The translations under genes and the position numbers were made by a program. This document shows, piece by piece, positions 10,755 through 24,234 of a DNA stretch of 64,000 nucleotides. Position 1 is the first letter of the stretch. Each line of letters opens with the position of its first letter. The stretch covers positions 16,492,001-16,556,000 of the forward strand of contig JBHGNT010000017.1 of assembly GCA_043228905.1 (NCBI GenBank). The letters are read 5' to 3'. A model generated the notes under the pieces. That model did not search any database, was not told the DNA's origin, and was given only the letters and a program-made list of their open reading frames with translations. This DNA comes from Azolla caroliniana. Its lineage: Eukaryota > Plantae > Polypodiophyta.

Positions 10755-13700
10755 ATGAGTATGAAGATTATAACATGGAACGTGCAAGGACTCAGAAGTA
10801 GACTAGACCAACAAAATAGATGGAAACTGAGAAGGGATCTTGAAGAACATTTACTAGGGAGTGGTGCTGACATCATCATGTTGCAGGAACACCACCTCGA
10901 TAGCACACAGTTAAAGGAAGTCGGAGACCTTCTACCAGGATCATGGCGAACGATTTGGGAGCCAACAATTGGGGAGGATGGAAATCATGGTGGTATTTGC
11001 ACTCTGATTCGGGAACATCTAGCCCAGGGATTAATACACCAAGAATCACTTATACCTGGTAGGGCACATTTTTGCACGCTGACCATCCAAGGGCAACGAT
11101 GGAACTTCATGAATGTTTATGCTCCAAACAACATAACAGAAAGAGCAACATTCTGGGACCGCATCCGCCTACAAGTAGTGGGTGCGGAAGAGTGGTGCAT
11201 TGGAGGGGATTTTAATATGATCGAATCCATTCATGATAGTTCCAACAACAACCCCATAGTCCTACAAGGAAGGGAACGCAAACAATGGGAGAAGCTATGT
11301 GTCCACCTTAACCTGCGAGACATCTGGCATTCTGCCAACTTCCAACGAAAAAGGGACTCTCTCCTATTCTCCCGATCAGACGGGCGGAATAGTGGACCCA
11401 CCCTATCTCGCATTGACCGCATTTATGTGGGGGAGGCTTTAGAAGTGAAGGGAGGGTGGTGTCGCATAACTCCAGGCACGACTTTCTCTGACCATTACCC
11501 GGTAGCTGGTCATTTTCAATTGCACCGAAAATGGGGCCCATTCCAGACTCGCATCCCACACACTATTTACACACTTATAGACGTGAAGGACCAACTATCC
11601 AACCAATGGTCATTACCCGTCAATGGCTCATCAGCATCGGCATCGGACAAACTTTTAGCTAAATTAACAAGAGCCTCTACTCTCCTACATGAGATTGTCA
11701 AGACCAGACGCAAGGATGCTCAGGAGAAGCGACAGAGGACAAAACGGGGACTAATAGCCTTACAACGCCTCCAACAGAGATACCCATCCTGTAGTTGGAT
11801 CGCAGGACAAGTCGCCACGGCCAAACAGGAACTTAGCATGGCAGAAAAGGCAATATATGACATGGAGTTTCATGGCAGCATGGCGCGATGGATTCAAGTA
11901 GGGGACAAAACCACAAAGGAATTCTTCCGCTCCAAAGGCCCGAGGCACGCTAGAACTATGATGCGCAGCCTCAACCGGGAGGATGGAACAACCACTAAGG
12001 ATGGCGACAAAATGAGGAATATTGCCACAAGGTATTATAGCCGCCTACTTACCGAAGACATGATAGCTACAGAGGAAGACATAAGCGATGATATTATCCT
12101 CCAAAGCATACCCGAGAAAGTCACACCGGAAATGAATACCTGGCTTGTGCGTCCTCTATCAATCATTGAGATATGGGAGGCCCTCACTGATTTAGATGCT
12201 GAGAGCTGCCCCGGAATTGACGGTCTCACCCCGCACTTTTTCACATGCCTTTGGGGCACTATTAAAGAAGACCTCCTCCAAGCATATGAGGAGATCATCA
12301 CCTCTGGAAGCATGCCGGAGGAATTTGGACAGGGGATGATAGATCTCATTCCTAAAAGTGGTGGGAATGCCAACGACATTCACAAATGGCAGCCCATTAC
12401 TCTTCTCAATACTGTCTATAAGTTGCTCGCAAAAATCGTGGCACGCCGTTTAACTCCACTTCTTCCTCAACTCATTCATCTGTCACAAACAAGTTTCGTT
12501 AGAAATCGGAGCATCCTAGACAACCTCTTCTCATTTTGGGAAGCAGTAGCCCTTGCCAAGCAGACCAACAAGAAGGTAGCGGTGGTGCTACTAGATTTTG
12601 AGAAAGCCTATGATAGGGTATGCTGGAACTTTCTAGAAAGTGTGATGAGGAAACTCGGCTTTCAAGAGACATGGATCAAAGGCATTGCAGGATTTTATAG
12701 GAATGGCAGCAGTTGTGTTTCGCTGGCAGGTGAAAGGGGCCCCTTTTTCCAAATATCCCACTCTGTACAGCAGGGATGTCCACTAGCTCCATCCTTATTT
12801 CTATTATACGCCGAAGCACTCTCTTGCTTTCTCAACTCGCGGCATCTCAACCTACGTGGTCTTCCCATACCTCATTCTTACCAAAGCATCCTGGATATAG
12901 AATTTGCAGATGACACAACAGTCTACCTGCAAGGGGACCTGGACAACCTCCAAAAGCTAGAAAGTGGGCTAGTTTTATTTTGCAAGCGATCCAACGCCAT
13001 GATCAATTGGCACAAATCCTGTGCAATATGGCTTTCTCAGGAAACACATCCGGCGTGGCACCCTCACCCCGCTTTCAAGTGGATCAATCAAGGAGCGAGC
13101 ACCAAATATTTGAGCTTCCAAATTGGCTTCAATATACCGTCAGAGACTATGATTGCACCCGTTATCCTCTCCATTCGACAAAAGTTGATACATTGGAGCT
13201 CTAAAAAATTGTCGCTAGCAGGTCGCATCATAGTGGCAAATCAGGTACTCCTCGCAACAGCATGGTACAGTCTATCATGCTGGACAATCTCCAAGGAAAG
13301 TATACTACAGATTCAACGACTGGTCCGCAACTACATTTGGTCTGGTAAGGAAGACCATGTAGCTCGCGCCAAGGTGACGTGGCCTATACTCACAACGCCT
13401 AAGTCGAGAGGGGGATTGGGTCTTATTGATCCCCTTTCACAATCGAAAGCCTTACTGGCCAAATTTGTGGTGCGAGGACTCCAACCAGGAAATGATTGTT
13501 GGAAAATGCTACTAAGGTTACGTTTCGCTTACTTTAAGCCACGAAAAGGGGTCAATTGGGCCCCCCAAACGGGATGGATTCTAAACATGGATCTCAAACC
13601 TAGTTTCTCCCGCCATTTGGAGGACAGATTCAATGCATCCACGTGGAAGGCATGGTGTGACATTCGTCGGGGGCTCCAGTGTGATCAACCGAGATCCGAA

Positions 13701-15059
13701 CCTGCCTGGCTCAGTCAACGTATCCTATGGAACCCATGTCTCAAGGATGAATCTAATCAACTACTGGGATCACGTAAGGGGTTGTCATGGGGATACATTG
13801 CAGAAGGTCCAGGCAAAAGTATTGAATGTTGGCGACAGTTTATGTTAATGCCACTACAAGATCAAGCGAACATACTCCATGGAATCAGGGGCGGATGGAC
13901 TATGATATCGGAAATCATTAACGCGCTACTGATTAGGGACTCTGCTACTCAAAGGACGACAATGGAGAAATGGATAGGCCACAAGGAGGAGGGCTCTCTG
14001 ATCCCGAGAGGTAGGGGATCACCAGACATGCTCGAAGGCCATGAAGTGAGAGACACTGAGACACCCACACAGAATAACACCATTCGAGTACTCGCGTACA
14101 CTGGTCATAAATGGGTTGTAGATCCTGATCCGATCAAAGTACAACCCGATTGGCATATATGTACTCATGAAAACACATGGTTGTGTAAGGTCAGTTGGGA
14201 CCCTTTGCAATGGACATGGTGTGATCCCTACCCGGGGCAAGGAAGCAAACCCATCCCTTTCTTCCAATTCACAACTAGATTGGGTCGCCACATTCTAGCT
14301 GCTCAAGCCGCCCAAGAACCGGCTGCTGCAAAGGTCTGGCGCACATTTCAAGTTCCCTCCGTAATAATCACCAAGTTTTGGCAGAAAATCTGGAAGCAAC
14401 AACACGCGAGGCGAATTACCACTTTCCAATGGTTGTTAATACATAAGTCCCTACCGGTGGGAGCATGGCAACGTGGGAACCTTAACTCTCCTAATTGTGT
14501 AGAGTGCCCACATTCAGTAGAATCCATACGACGCGCTCTGTGGGACTGCCCAACGTCCCATAGAACATGGCGGGGGGTTGGCCGCTTGTTGCAATTATGC
14601 CAGGTGCAAGGTTCAATCAAGTGGGGAAATATATGTTGGCTATCATGGCAGGCTGCAATTGGCCGATACGAGCATCAAGAGGAGGGGATGACTTTGGTGA
14701 TAAAAGCACAAGAGGTTCTTTTCTCCTCCAGCGACAATGTCCACTATTTTCCTCTTAATGACAAATCTCAAGAGGTGTTGGAATTGGTTAGCCCAATAAC
14801 CCTTTGGATTCTATGGAAACAACGATGTAGGCGAGTCTTCTCCAACCAAACCACCCATCCAACAAGGTTACTGCAAGAGATATGGAGTGAAATTGTAGCC
14901 ACTCTGAAGAGCCAATATGATGGCCTTAAAAGTGGCTCCGAGGGAGTTGAAAGACAACGCATAGCCTTCATCCAACAATGGTCGTCCTCTCCCTTTCTTG
15001 AGTCAGTGGGCTTCCACATTAGATGGAACTATCGCGTCCCTTTAGGGATTTGTACATAA
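10755..15059 (+). CDS. LINE ORF2: apurinic endonuclease, reverse transcriptase and C-terminal zf-RVT-like domain (1434 aa)
   Basis: Uninterrupted ORF with IITWNVQGL, LQEHH, GGDFN, SDHYP (APE); LDFEKAYDRV, QGCPLAP, FADD (RT); CVEC..ESIRRALWDC near the C-terminus. Confidence 0.94.
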   Translation: MSMKIITWNVQGLRSRLDQQNRWKLRRDLEEHLLGSGADIIMLQEHHLDSTQLKEVGDLLPGSWRTIWEPTIGEDGNHGGICTLIREHLAQGLIHQESLIPGRAHFCTLTIQGQRWNFMNVYAPNNITERATFWDRIRLQVVGAEEWCIGGDFNMIESIHDSSNNNPIVLQGRERKQWEKLCVHLNLRDIWHSANFQRKRDSLLFSRSDGRNSGPTLSRIDRIYVGEALEVKGGWCRITPGTTFSDHYPVAGHFQLHRKWGPFQTRIPHTIYTLIDVKDQLSNQWSLPVNGSSASASDKLLAKLTRASTLLHEIVKTRRKDAQEKRQRTKRGLIALQRLQQRYPSCSWIAGQVATAKQELSMAEKAIYDMEFHGSMARWIQVGDKTTKEFFRSKGPRHARTMMRSLNREDGTTTKDGDKMRNIATRYYSRLLTEDMIATEEDISDDIILQSIPEKVTPEMNTWLVRPLSIIEIWEALTDLDAESCPGIDGLTPHFFTCLWGTIKEDLLQAYEEIITSGSMPEEFGQGMIDLIPKSGGNANDIHKWQPITLLNTVYKLLAKIVARRLTPLLPQLIHLSQTSFVRNRSILDNLFSFWEAVALAKQTNKKVAVVLLDFEKAYDRVCWNFLESVMRKLGFQETWIKGIAGFYRNGSSCVSLAGERGPFFQISHSVQQGCPLAPSLFLLYAEALSCFLNSRHLNLRGLPIPHSYQSILDIEFADDTTVYLQGDLDNLQKLESGLVLFCKRSNAMINWHKSCAIWLSQETHPAWHPHPAFKWINQGASTKYLSFQIGFNIPSETMIAPVILSIRQKLIHWSSKKLSLAGRIIVANQVLLATAWYSLSCWTISKESILQIQRLVRNYIWSGKEDHVARAKVTWPILTTPKSRGGLGLIDPLSQSKALLAKFVVRGLQPGNDCWKMLLRLRFAYFKPRKGVNWAPQTGWILNMDLKPSFSRHLEDRFNASTWKAWCDIRRGLQCDQPRSEPAWLSQRILWNPCLKDESNQLLGSRKGLSWGYIAEGPGKSIECWRQFMLMPLQDQANILHGIRGGWTMISEIINALLIRDSATQRTTMEKWIGHKEEGSLIPRGRGSPDMLEGHEVRDTETPTQNNTIRVLAYTGHKWVVDPDPIKVQPDWHICTHENTWLCKVSWDPLQWTWCDPYPGQGSKPIPFFQFTTRLGRHILAAQAAQEPAAAKVWRTFQVPSVIITKFWQKIWKQQHARRITTFQWLLIHKSLPVGAWQRGNLNSPNCVECPHSVESIRRALWDCPTSHRTWRGVGRLLQLCQVQGSIKWGNICWLSWQAAIGRYEHQEEGMTLVIKAQEVLFSSSDNVHYFPLNDKSQEVLELVSPITLWILWKQRCRRVFSNQTTHPTRLLQEIWSEIVATLKSQYDGLKSGSEGVERQRIAFIQQWSSSPFLESVGFHIRWNYRVPLGICT

Positions 15060-18000
15060 TCGCCTCATTTGTAAAATTTTATAACTAATGGAAGGAGTTT
15101 TTTTTTTGGAATAATAATAATAATAATAACGTAAGTGTGAGGGTAATGCTCAGATGTAAATAATTTTAAAATCTTTTAGAACTTAAAATTTGCACCTTTT
15201 TCTTTGAGAAGAACCCAAGGTTTTTTTTTACACCCTATGAAATGTTAGTAGCAAGAGGGTCTTGTCAATGAAGAAATGTCCATTTTTTTAAGAAAACGGA
15301 AGGAATCATAACTATCAAGTCCTTTCCATTGGTTAAGAAAAAGGTTTTTCTATGAGAAAAGTGTTCCAACCTTATGGGCACACACAAGGCAAGGGTACAC
15401 CATATGCTCAATCATGTTGAAAATTGTTACAACAAATCGTTTGGTTGTGTCACTTCATATTCGTTATTTTTTTATATGTGCCATAGATGCATTGTCATTT
15501 AGCCAAACCGTTAGAATTGGATATTGCACAACTTACTAGTATAACATGGTAAATGTTGAGTTCAGGAATGACTGGGCTTATAAGGGAGAATAAAAAAAAG
15601 GCAAGGTAGGTAAACATAAACATATCGTGATGTGAATAGTTGCAAAATAGAGAGCGTCATTTAAGTGTCCTTAGTATATATTCGAGGATTTGGTAATCAA
15701 TTAGGGCATATTGACACCATAGTAATTACGTCTTGTAACTAAGTGTTGCAATTTTCTTTGATCCTAAAAAGGCCAGCAAGGAATGAATTGAGGCCCTACA
15801 CTCAGTGATGTTGTTCATTTTCTTATGTTTGTTAAAAAAGTGTGTTGTAGGCGCCCCTCTTACCTAAATGCAAATAAAAAAGTAAATTAAACATGTCCTA
15901 CAATCATGGACTAGTAAAATTATAAAAAGTCATTTATCAACAACTTTCTCAATGCATTGTTATAGTCCTTCATTAACAATGTCTAGGGAGTATATTTGTC
16001 TTCTGCAATAGTTATTGTACCTATCAAAAGGCTATAAGGACTTTAATTCATGTCAATAGTACATGTTGCTCTATCATCTTAAGTGTTGTGTGATCTGGAT
16101 ATATGACAAGCAATATTTTAGTTTCTCTTAAAGTTGGTCAACTATGATCCTTTGAAAATAGGTCACAAGATGTGAAGTAACATCTTGGGATGTATTCAAG
16201 TGCTTGTATAGTGTACACCAAATTTGTTTTTTGATGGCCATCATGCAATTCGTTGGTCATTTTACTTGTTTTTTCACCAAAATAATATTAACTATCAAAG
16301 AGCTAGTTCTTTGTAAGATTGTCATAACAATTGGTCAATTTTATATTGAACTATCAAAAAACACTTTACATGTAACGTTATACATATATGATGTATTATG
16401 CCATACCTATCATTGATACATTCTCCCTCTTATCCCCCCTCATCAGCTCAATTGTTATGCTCTTCTCCAATGTCACTTCATTGCCATACTATTATTTATC
16501 TCTCTCTTCCCCACTCATGCCACTAGATATTTTAAACTAGAGGACAAATATGGGATTATAAATAGACATGTCTTACATTATGAAGCGAATAATACTTGTC
16601 ACAATGATTCAAAACCTGAAGGAATGATGCCTCACGTAGATGGATCACCGGAAAACATTGTATTCCAATATGTCAATGACATGTTCAAAAGACAATGGTT
16701 GGATTAAATGCAAGGCTTTTGGACTTATGCCTCTTTAATGTAACCAAATTATTTAGTCCATGTCATTAGGTCCTTGATGATGTTGTAAGGGGATCAAATG
16801 CAAAAAGATGGTCGATTTCTTGCTTACAACCACATATTCATGTCAATGCATGCTCTCAGCAAGTATATGCATGTGATTATTGATATATTGATATGTTCAG
16901 TTTGAATTGTGAAGGTTACACCATCAGTGAAGCCTGGCATATTGGTTAATAAAACAAAAGATTGGCATGATAGTTTACCTATGGCAATCAATTTTGGTTA
17001 TACCATTTAGTATTGTTGCTTATGGGAGTTGTCTAGGCAAATTGTCATTAATGAGATGAATTATGTTTTCTGAATACAACGCATTTAGATTATCTTATGC
17101 TAGAAATTGATGATATGTGATGGGATTATGTGTTTGAATTTTAGAAAGATGGAAAGGATTGACGAGCTAAATTAGATATTAACTAAGATTTTGGAATTCT
17201 ATTAATATGTCATGACAATATATGTTGAAATATTGACATAGATTTTATTAATATAATTCTGAAAAAACTTGATAGCCAAAGTGTTTGCACAATGCAAACT
17301 ATCAAATTAGGGTCAAATGGCATGTAAGATTTTTAGAAAACTATCATGGAATCTTTGATGGACACACGAGGGTGACTATCAAAAGACAATACTTACGGAG
17401 ATATTGCAATAGGTATATATAAATATTGATAGCTTATGAACTAGCTACAAAATTAGTGGACCAAAGCATTCGACGCCCCGTCATGATGTTAGTTCATTAC
17501 GAAAATGACATGCACCAAATTAAGATTTTTATTGATTTGTTACCCCCACATTAGTTCACTTTGGTTATTGGAACAACATTTATAGAAATATAATAGCATT
17601 GATCCCTTATCTATCTATCTCCCCACATCTTTGATATGGTGTGCACTGTGTAGCATGATATGATCTCTCAAAGGAGAGTACCATGTTATGCGTCTTTTCA
17701 CGTCTCCTAGGTCATGTTATTGGCCTCCCAAGTTTGATGACGCTAATACATCACCATCATCATCAACCTTCATTGTATATGTGTATATGTGTACATGTGT
17801 TGCCTCTAGCAAATACCACCCTTGAATTATTCACTTTAAAAGGTGGGCTTACATGGTCAAATCAAATTCAATAATGTACAAACTTAATTGATTCATCTGA
17901 AATGACCCAAAAAGTGAGATATTAGCCGACTTAAAGGTGTCTATATTTCACATGGACAATGATAAAGCAAAAAAGTTAAATATGTGATGTGCAAATAAGG

Positions 18001-21000
18001 CTAAATGTTGCTTCGCACATGGGAGACAATATGGGGTCATGAGACATAAAAACAAAGTGGAACATGGGGGAGTAAATGCATGGGTAACATTAATCATAAT
18101 ACATTGTGTGTGTGCGAGAGCGATTGGAGGGGCGTTGCTTGGTTGTACACATGAACGCAAATATTGTATGTGTGTGTATACACTCACAAACATAATTACT
18201 TACTCCACACGTCTCATCTTATCATAGGTTCACAGTTTGCATTTTTGTTACCTTGAAGGATGAACAATCTCTTCTATTTCACCCTCCCATTACATGCATT
18301 TTTTCTTTCGATGAGTGGGTAAATACCCCATTTTTGTTGTAAACCAATTGTCTCATGGGCCAATTTTGGCCTTAGAAGACGTTAATATTTCTTTCTTTCT
18401 TTCTTTCTTTTTTTCTTTCTCTCTCTCTCTCTCTAAATGAAACCTAAAAACCCGATGATAATAATAATAATAACATTCAATTGATACTTCTTTTTATCGA
18501 GCTTTCATTTCTTCGAACTCTTCACATAGCATCCAGAATAGTCAATTCTCAAAGACTGATTTTCTTGTCTCCGACAAACACGCAAGACAGTGATAAAAAC
18601 CAAACATACCTAAGAAGATGTTGGAGGGTCTGTTCCCACTTATATGGGGTGCAAATGCTTCCTTGCATCTATGAACCCTGGAACTTTATTAACGTAAGAA
18701 AAAGGAAAGTACAACAAGGTCCTTTTTCACTATGTCAACTTCATACATACAAATTGTAAATAGTATTGGCAGTCAAGACACTTTTCAACAAATGTGAAAA
18801 CATTAATAACTGCTTACAATATCCAGACATGTTTTTATGTTCTCCTCTTCATCTCCCACTGTCCCAAATTTATTTTGAGAGTAAAAAACTATCTAGGTAT
18901 ATATGATCATTCAAGTCGGATTCAACTATACCAAATTATGCGCATCTCCAATGTTATAGCACATGGAAACTTCTTATCATAAACAGCATGTTTGGTTACA
19001 ACGTGCACTATATAAACATCATAGTTTTAAAAAATGGAGGAATGATTTAGGTTTTATGTGTTCTGAGATCATTGGTGGTAGAATACATTAATTTTAACAA
19101 CATTTACGCATACATATACATATACATATATATATATATATATGATGAAGATTGAATATTTTAATTTATGCACTTGGGTTTATATGAGGTGAGTGGGACT
19201 ATTATGTCTCTTTTTAGGAGACTTTAGGCACAAGGGCCATACTACAAAACATACATGATGAAAGGTCTTTGTCAAATACGTTGGTGAAGCAAACTCTATT
19301 TTCTATAATCTCATTATCTCCCTCATTTGCTTTATTGTCCATCTATAGAACATGACCGAAGAAAATCGGGAACACGTGGTTTTTCCATCTCTTTATCCTT
19401 GTTCATCCATATTGCTTTTATGCCCCTTCCCTTCTACATGGAATGCAATGGGTATGGGAGTTAGGTTCATGCATGAATCATTGGCATGTATTCCTTTTTT
19501 TCCTTGGGAAACAATGAAAATGTATCTATTGAGCACACCTCTTGTAGTTAGAGAAATATTAGCCTTGTTTTTATATGAAAAATACATCATTAGATGTACC
19601 TCGAGTTAGATATAATGTTTCATTCCCGCATTAGAACTCGAGTTACGGCACAAAACTCGTAAAACAAGGTGCAAAGTTGAGTTAGTCATCCACAATGTAT
19701 ATTTTTGCAACACCATGCTTGCACCATATTGAAACATACTCTTCTTTATTTTGCCAAATTGGCTTATTAAAAAATTTAAGCTATCTCATTCAAGTGAGTT
19801 AGTTCACCTAAAAATAAACACTTTCTTTATCAAATTGTCAAGGTTATATTAATTCATTCATAGCTTTTGTTTTCAAGAGAAGGTGTCATAAATATATTAA
19901 AGGGAGAGTAAGATACATGGTTAGATCTAGACCTTTGAGGAAAGTCGTCTCTATCATAGCAAGGCCAAAATAGTAAAGGTGTCATTCACATTATTTTTAA
20001 AATTCTATGATTGTTGACAAGTGATAACATTGATACTATTCTTCATTTGTCGGGTCAAGGATAATATGCATACATACAACCCTCATAGAACTTAGCGACT
20101 CATCTAGATATTGTAAGCAACAACACTTGGAAATATGTAAAGAAACAAGACTTCGCTAGTCATTGCAATTCTAAGAAAGAAAGAAATGCAATTTCACACA
20201 CCTCAAGCACTCATATTACGTTCAAAATTGGGTACGACTCATTGCAAGTATGAAAGATATTGAAGGTGGATGTTGAAGAAACTTGAAAAGGAATCCCATC
20301 ATAGATTGTCCAATGACATTGAAACCATTTCTTATGTTGCTACAAAGTTTTATCCCTCTTGTTTACCACATGACTATGGCATTTCATTCATTCTTACTAA
20401 AGAGTCTTCCAAGTATCGATGAACATTATCACTTGGATGTTATTGAAATCAACAATGAGACATGTTGGTCATTCAAAAAAACGTTGAACATGAAAGGTTG
20501 TTGTCAATATAGGAAAATGATAAACCATGAAACAATATAACCAGATTCTAGTGGTTTTCGTTTGCATGTAAGTCTAAATTTTGATTTCTTTGGTCAAGTT
20601 CCCTCATATAGTGTTAGGTATTGGGTAAAGTCGTTGATGACACAAGGTTATCAAACTTAGGCTCGGAGATAGACATGTGATACACATGCAATATCATATG
20701 CCTCCTTTTCATTGATAATGTGGAAGTGGTAAGGGAGAAATAATATAACTCCTCCTCCTTTGGGACTCATACATGTCTTAATTGTTGCTTGCCACTTGTC
20801 TTATATTGCATATGATTGTACTCTCTTCACTTTTGCATTCGAGTACTCAAGATTCCCTATGTAGCTAGAAAATGTCAACTCGCCCGTTAGATTAAGAGCA
20901 TTTTTCGTGATTAATGTTGCCTGAGACCTTTTGTGCATCAACTCCAATGCCTCCTTTTGTCCTCACTCTTTTTATACTAATGTAATTGCATTTGGGTGTC

Positions 21001-23364
21001 TATTCTAGTTTACATTCAACAAGTTGTTGATGCGTTCTTCGAAACAATCGATAGTTGTGAATGGACTTCTATTAAATGAAAACTAGGCTTCCTTCCCTTA
21101 TATACTGGTGATACTCTTGGGATGTGTTCAATTTAGATTATTGTTTTGCTCAATGATAAAGTGGAACAACTCCCTCCTCGATTCTATGCAACAATGCCTT
21201 GCACGTCACACCACAACTTGGGATAATTATCCTTGCCCTCTATATCCAACGATTATCTTGTAAGTTGTATTCACTATCAAATCTATCATTTGATTTTATT
21301 GTATTTCTAAAGTCATAGCGAAAATGAAAAGAATAAATGGAGGCGAGCTCAAGAATTGTCAACCATGTTTATGCTTTTTCCGCATGGATTTTACTTTTGG
21401 AATTAACTTAACATAATGTACATGATTTGAAATGTAGAATTCGTGAATCGTGACTTGGCCATCGATTTAGTTCTAACAAGTTGATCGACAAGCGAGTTAG
21501 TTATTGAATTTGACTATATTTAGCATTTATTGGATCAAACATGGTGTTATTTAATACACTTTGAACTTCTTTAATGTATTATTCCGACCTTTATAATATC
21601 CTAATCTAGGAATAAGCGAGCCTTAGTTGTTTCAAGGAACTCGGAAAATTAGAGTTAAAGCAATGAGGTACAACGTTAGAATAGTTTAATAATGAGGTTG
21701 ATACTACTTTAAGTCTACATCTAGAAGGTAAAGCAAAGAGACCACACCAAGATTTAAAAGTATTGTGAGATAAAAGCATGAGCTAAGAAAATTAGAATTT
21801 TGTCTCAGAAGTACATTGATTATTCTTTAATTATGTCTCAAGCCTATGTTAGAGGGTTTTATTCGCAAATACAGTAAATAAGTATTTGTAATATGTTCTA
21901 TTTATGCTCACCTTTGGGAGATCGTGATTCGTACTTTAATCCTCTTTGCCTGTCTCAATGGGATGCAAAATCAAGGATTATTTTGAAAGCAACCGATTAT
22001 GAAAGAGTGATTGTTTTATCCATGAAAAGGTAAAAAAACACAACACAATTATGCAATGTGGGAAAATCGTGTTGCCCTAACTAACTAGCGTGCTTGGAAA
22101 CGAGATAGAATGAAAACATGATTGCTCTTGAAGCTAGTGGGAGATTTAGAGGCTTCAAAGTGGGGCTAGAGCCTATAACCTTAGTCACTTTGTGGCTTGG
22201 TAAGAGCAAGGCAATGCAATTGATAGGCCACCATGATGGCAAATTGTGCACTTGAGAGGTGCTTGTGGACCAGATAGAGTAAATGGTGTGGTTAGGTCGG
22301 GTCCCACGTATCCACATGTGAAGAGAGGTGATGGTCCCTTGGTCATATTTATTTTGTACGAATAGTGATTGGGATTTGTAAGACTCAAATCTATTTATAA
22401 TGCGTGGATTTCAATCCACTAGATACATTTAGTACATGGAACACTATTTGATATGAAGTCGAATTCACAGAGGTGCATTAGGGAAGTTGATAGAATAATC
22501 CCATGTTTCTAATGCAAATTAAGGAGTTTATTTGTTTATGTAAAATAATGTGTTGGATTGAACTACCAAAGACTCAAAGAAATATATACATATAGGTATA
22601 TATAAGGAATTGGGTGGACGATTACCATGGCGATGTTATCCAATGGATAGAAGAGGGGTTCTTACATTAAAATTTGAAAACTTCTTTAACATAAATTATG
22701 TCAAGTTCGAGCAAACTTTTTCCTTAAGGGGATCAATCTGTCAGCGTGTCTCACAAATGACAACAAAATGGAACTGATGGGGCTCATGCCTAGTCCTTTT
22801 CTTGACTCTTGAAATGCCTTGTTGTGATGGGACAAGGCATATATTGGAGTCTACAGACAAATTTGCCATGTTTTACTTACATGGCCGTCTAGAAGCAAGC
22901 TTTATACATATGAATTCCTTACGAGGCCAAGATGCTGGTATATATATATATATAGGTTATCGAGTTTTCTAGAGAAGATTGAGGAGCGTCACTCTTTCAA
23001 GCATGGGTAGAGCTGGCTGATCTCGCAATGAAATGTCAAGTTATGTTCGCAAAAAGCAAGTATGCAATGAATGCACCAATTACAGAAGAGAGCAGACGAT
23101 GTTCCAGATCACACAAATGTCAATGTTCCAGATCACGATTGTCCGGGGGCAGTTCGAGCCTTTTGCATGTCAAGGTGGAGAGCATGAAGAACTGCGGGGG
23201 CCAAAGAAAAGAGAGGTATCGTGCCCAACCAGGTATGTGCCCCGTAGGAGGACCTAAAAATAATGCTTAGGTCCGAATCTGAAGAAGATAAAGGAAATCG
23301 CCGGAAAACTTAAAAACTGGGACATGACATCCAGTATGAGATCTATCGAGTAAGTACTCTCTTA

Positions 23365-23385
23365 ACATAACACATACTCACACAT

Positions 23386-23416
<31 letters not shown>

Positions 23417-23738
23417 TTCTCTCTCTTTCTCTCTCTCACACACACAACCACTCTCTCTCTCTCTCTCTAAGCTACACACTCCCCTTTCCCTCTAGTAAAC
23501 ATAACACACAAGTCTCTCTCACATACACACAACGACTCTCTCTCTAAGATACACACTCCCATTCCCTCTAGTACATACTCTTGAGTCTTAACATAACACA
23601 CACATAAACATTCTCTCTCTATCACTCACACACACACACACATTCTCTCTCTATCACACACACACAAATTCTCTCTCTATCACTCACACACACACACATT
23701 CTCTCTCTATCACACACATACAAATTCTCTCTCTATGA

Positions 23739-23772
<34 letters not shown>

Positions 23773-24199
23773 CTCTCTCTATGACTCACACACACACACA
23801 CACACACACACTCTCTCTCTCTCTCTCTCTCTCTATCACACACACAACACAATCACACACAATCACTCACTCTCTATACACACACACACACACACACTCT
23901 CTCTCTCTCTCTCTCTATCACACACACAACACAATCACTCACTCTCTATACACACACACACACACACTCTCTCTCTCTCTCTATCACACACACAACACAA
24001 TCACTCACTCTCTATACACACACACACTCTCTCTCTCTCTCTCACACACACACAACACAATCACTCACTCTATCACACACATAACACACTCACTCACTCT
24101 CTATACACACACTCTCTCTCAGACACACACACAAACACACACACACACACACACTCTCTCTCTCTCACCCTCTCTACTCTCTCTCTCTCACCCTCTCTA

Positions 24200-24234
<35 letters not shown>

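Larger units (their letters stand above)
3434..10758 (+). pseudogene. LINE ORF1 (DUF4283-like domain plus zinc knuckle), split by the copia at 4693-10298
   Basis: One frame over 3434-4692 (..LGKGFYQI..MRKW..CFACKKLGHLKKNC) with stops at 3677, 4004 and 4097. Removing the copia plus one TSD copy restores KIRVHVS|AVHNNG in frame to TGA 10756-10758. Confidence 0.82.
3433..15121 (+). mobile_element. L1/Tx1-type non-LTR retrotransposon (LINE), 5'-truncated, carrying a nested copia
   Basis: 13-bp direct repeat AATAATAACGTAA at 3420-3432 and 15122-15134 (TSD); (TAA)n tail at ~15110-15121; ORF1 with CCHC knuckle; ORF2 with APE endonuclease and RT. Confidence 0.93.

Noticed and set aside
15135-22950. 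Short ORFs in the AT-rich interval
   Set aside because: No recognisable motifs or consistent exon chain; probably very old TE debris that I cannot classify.
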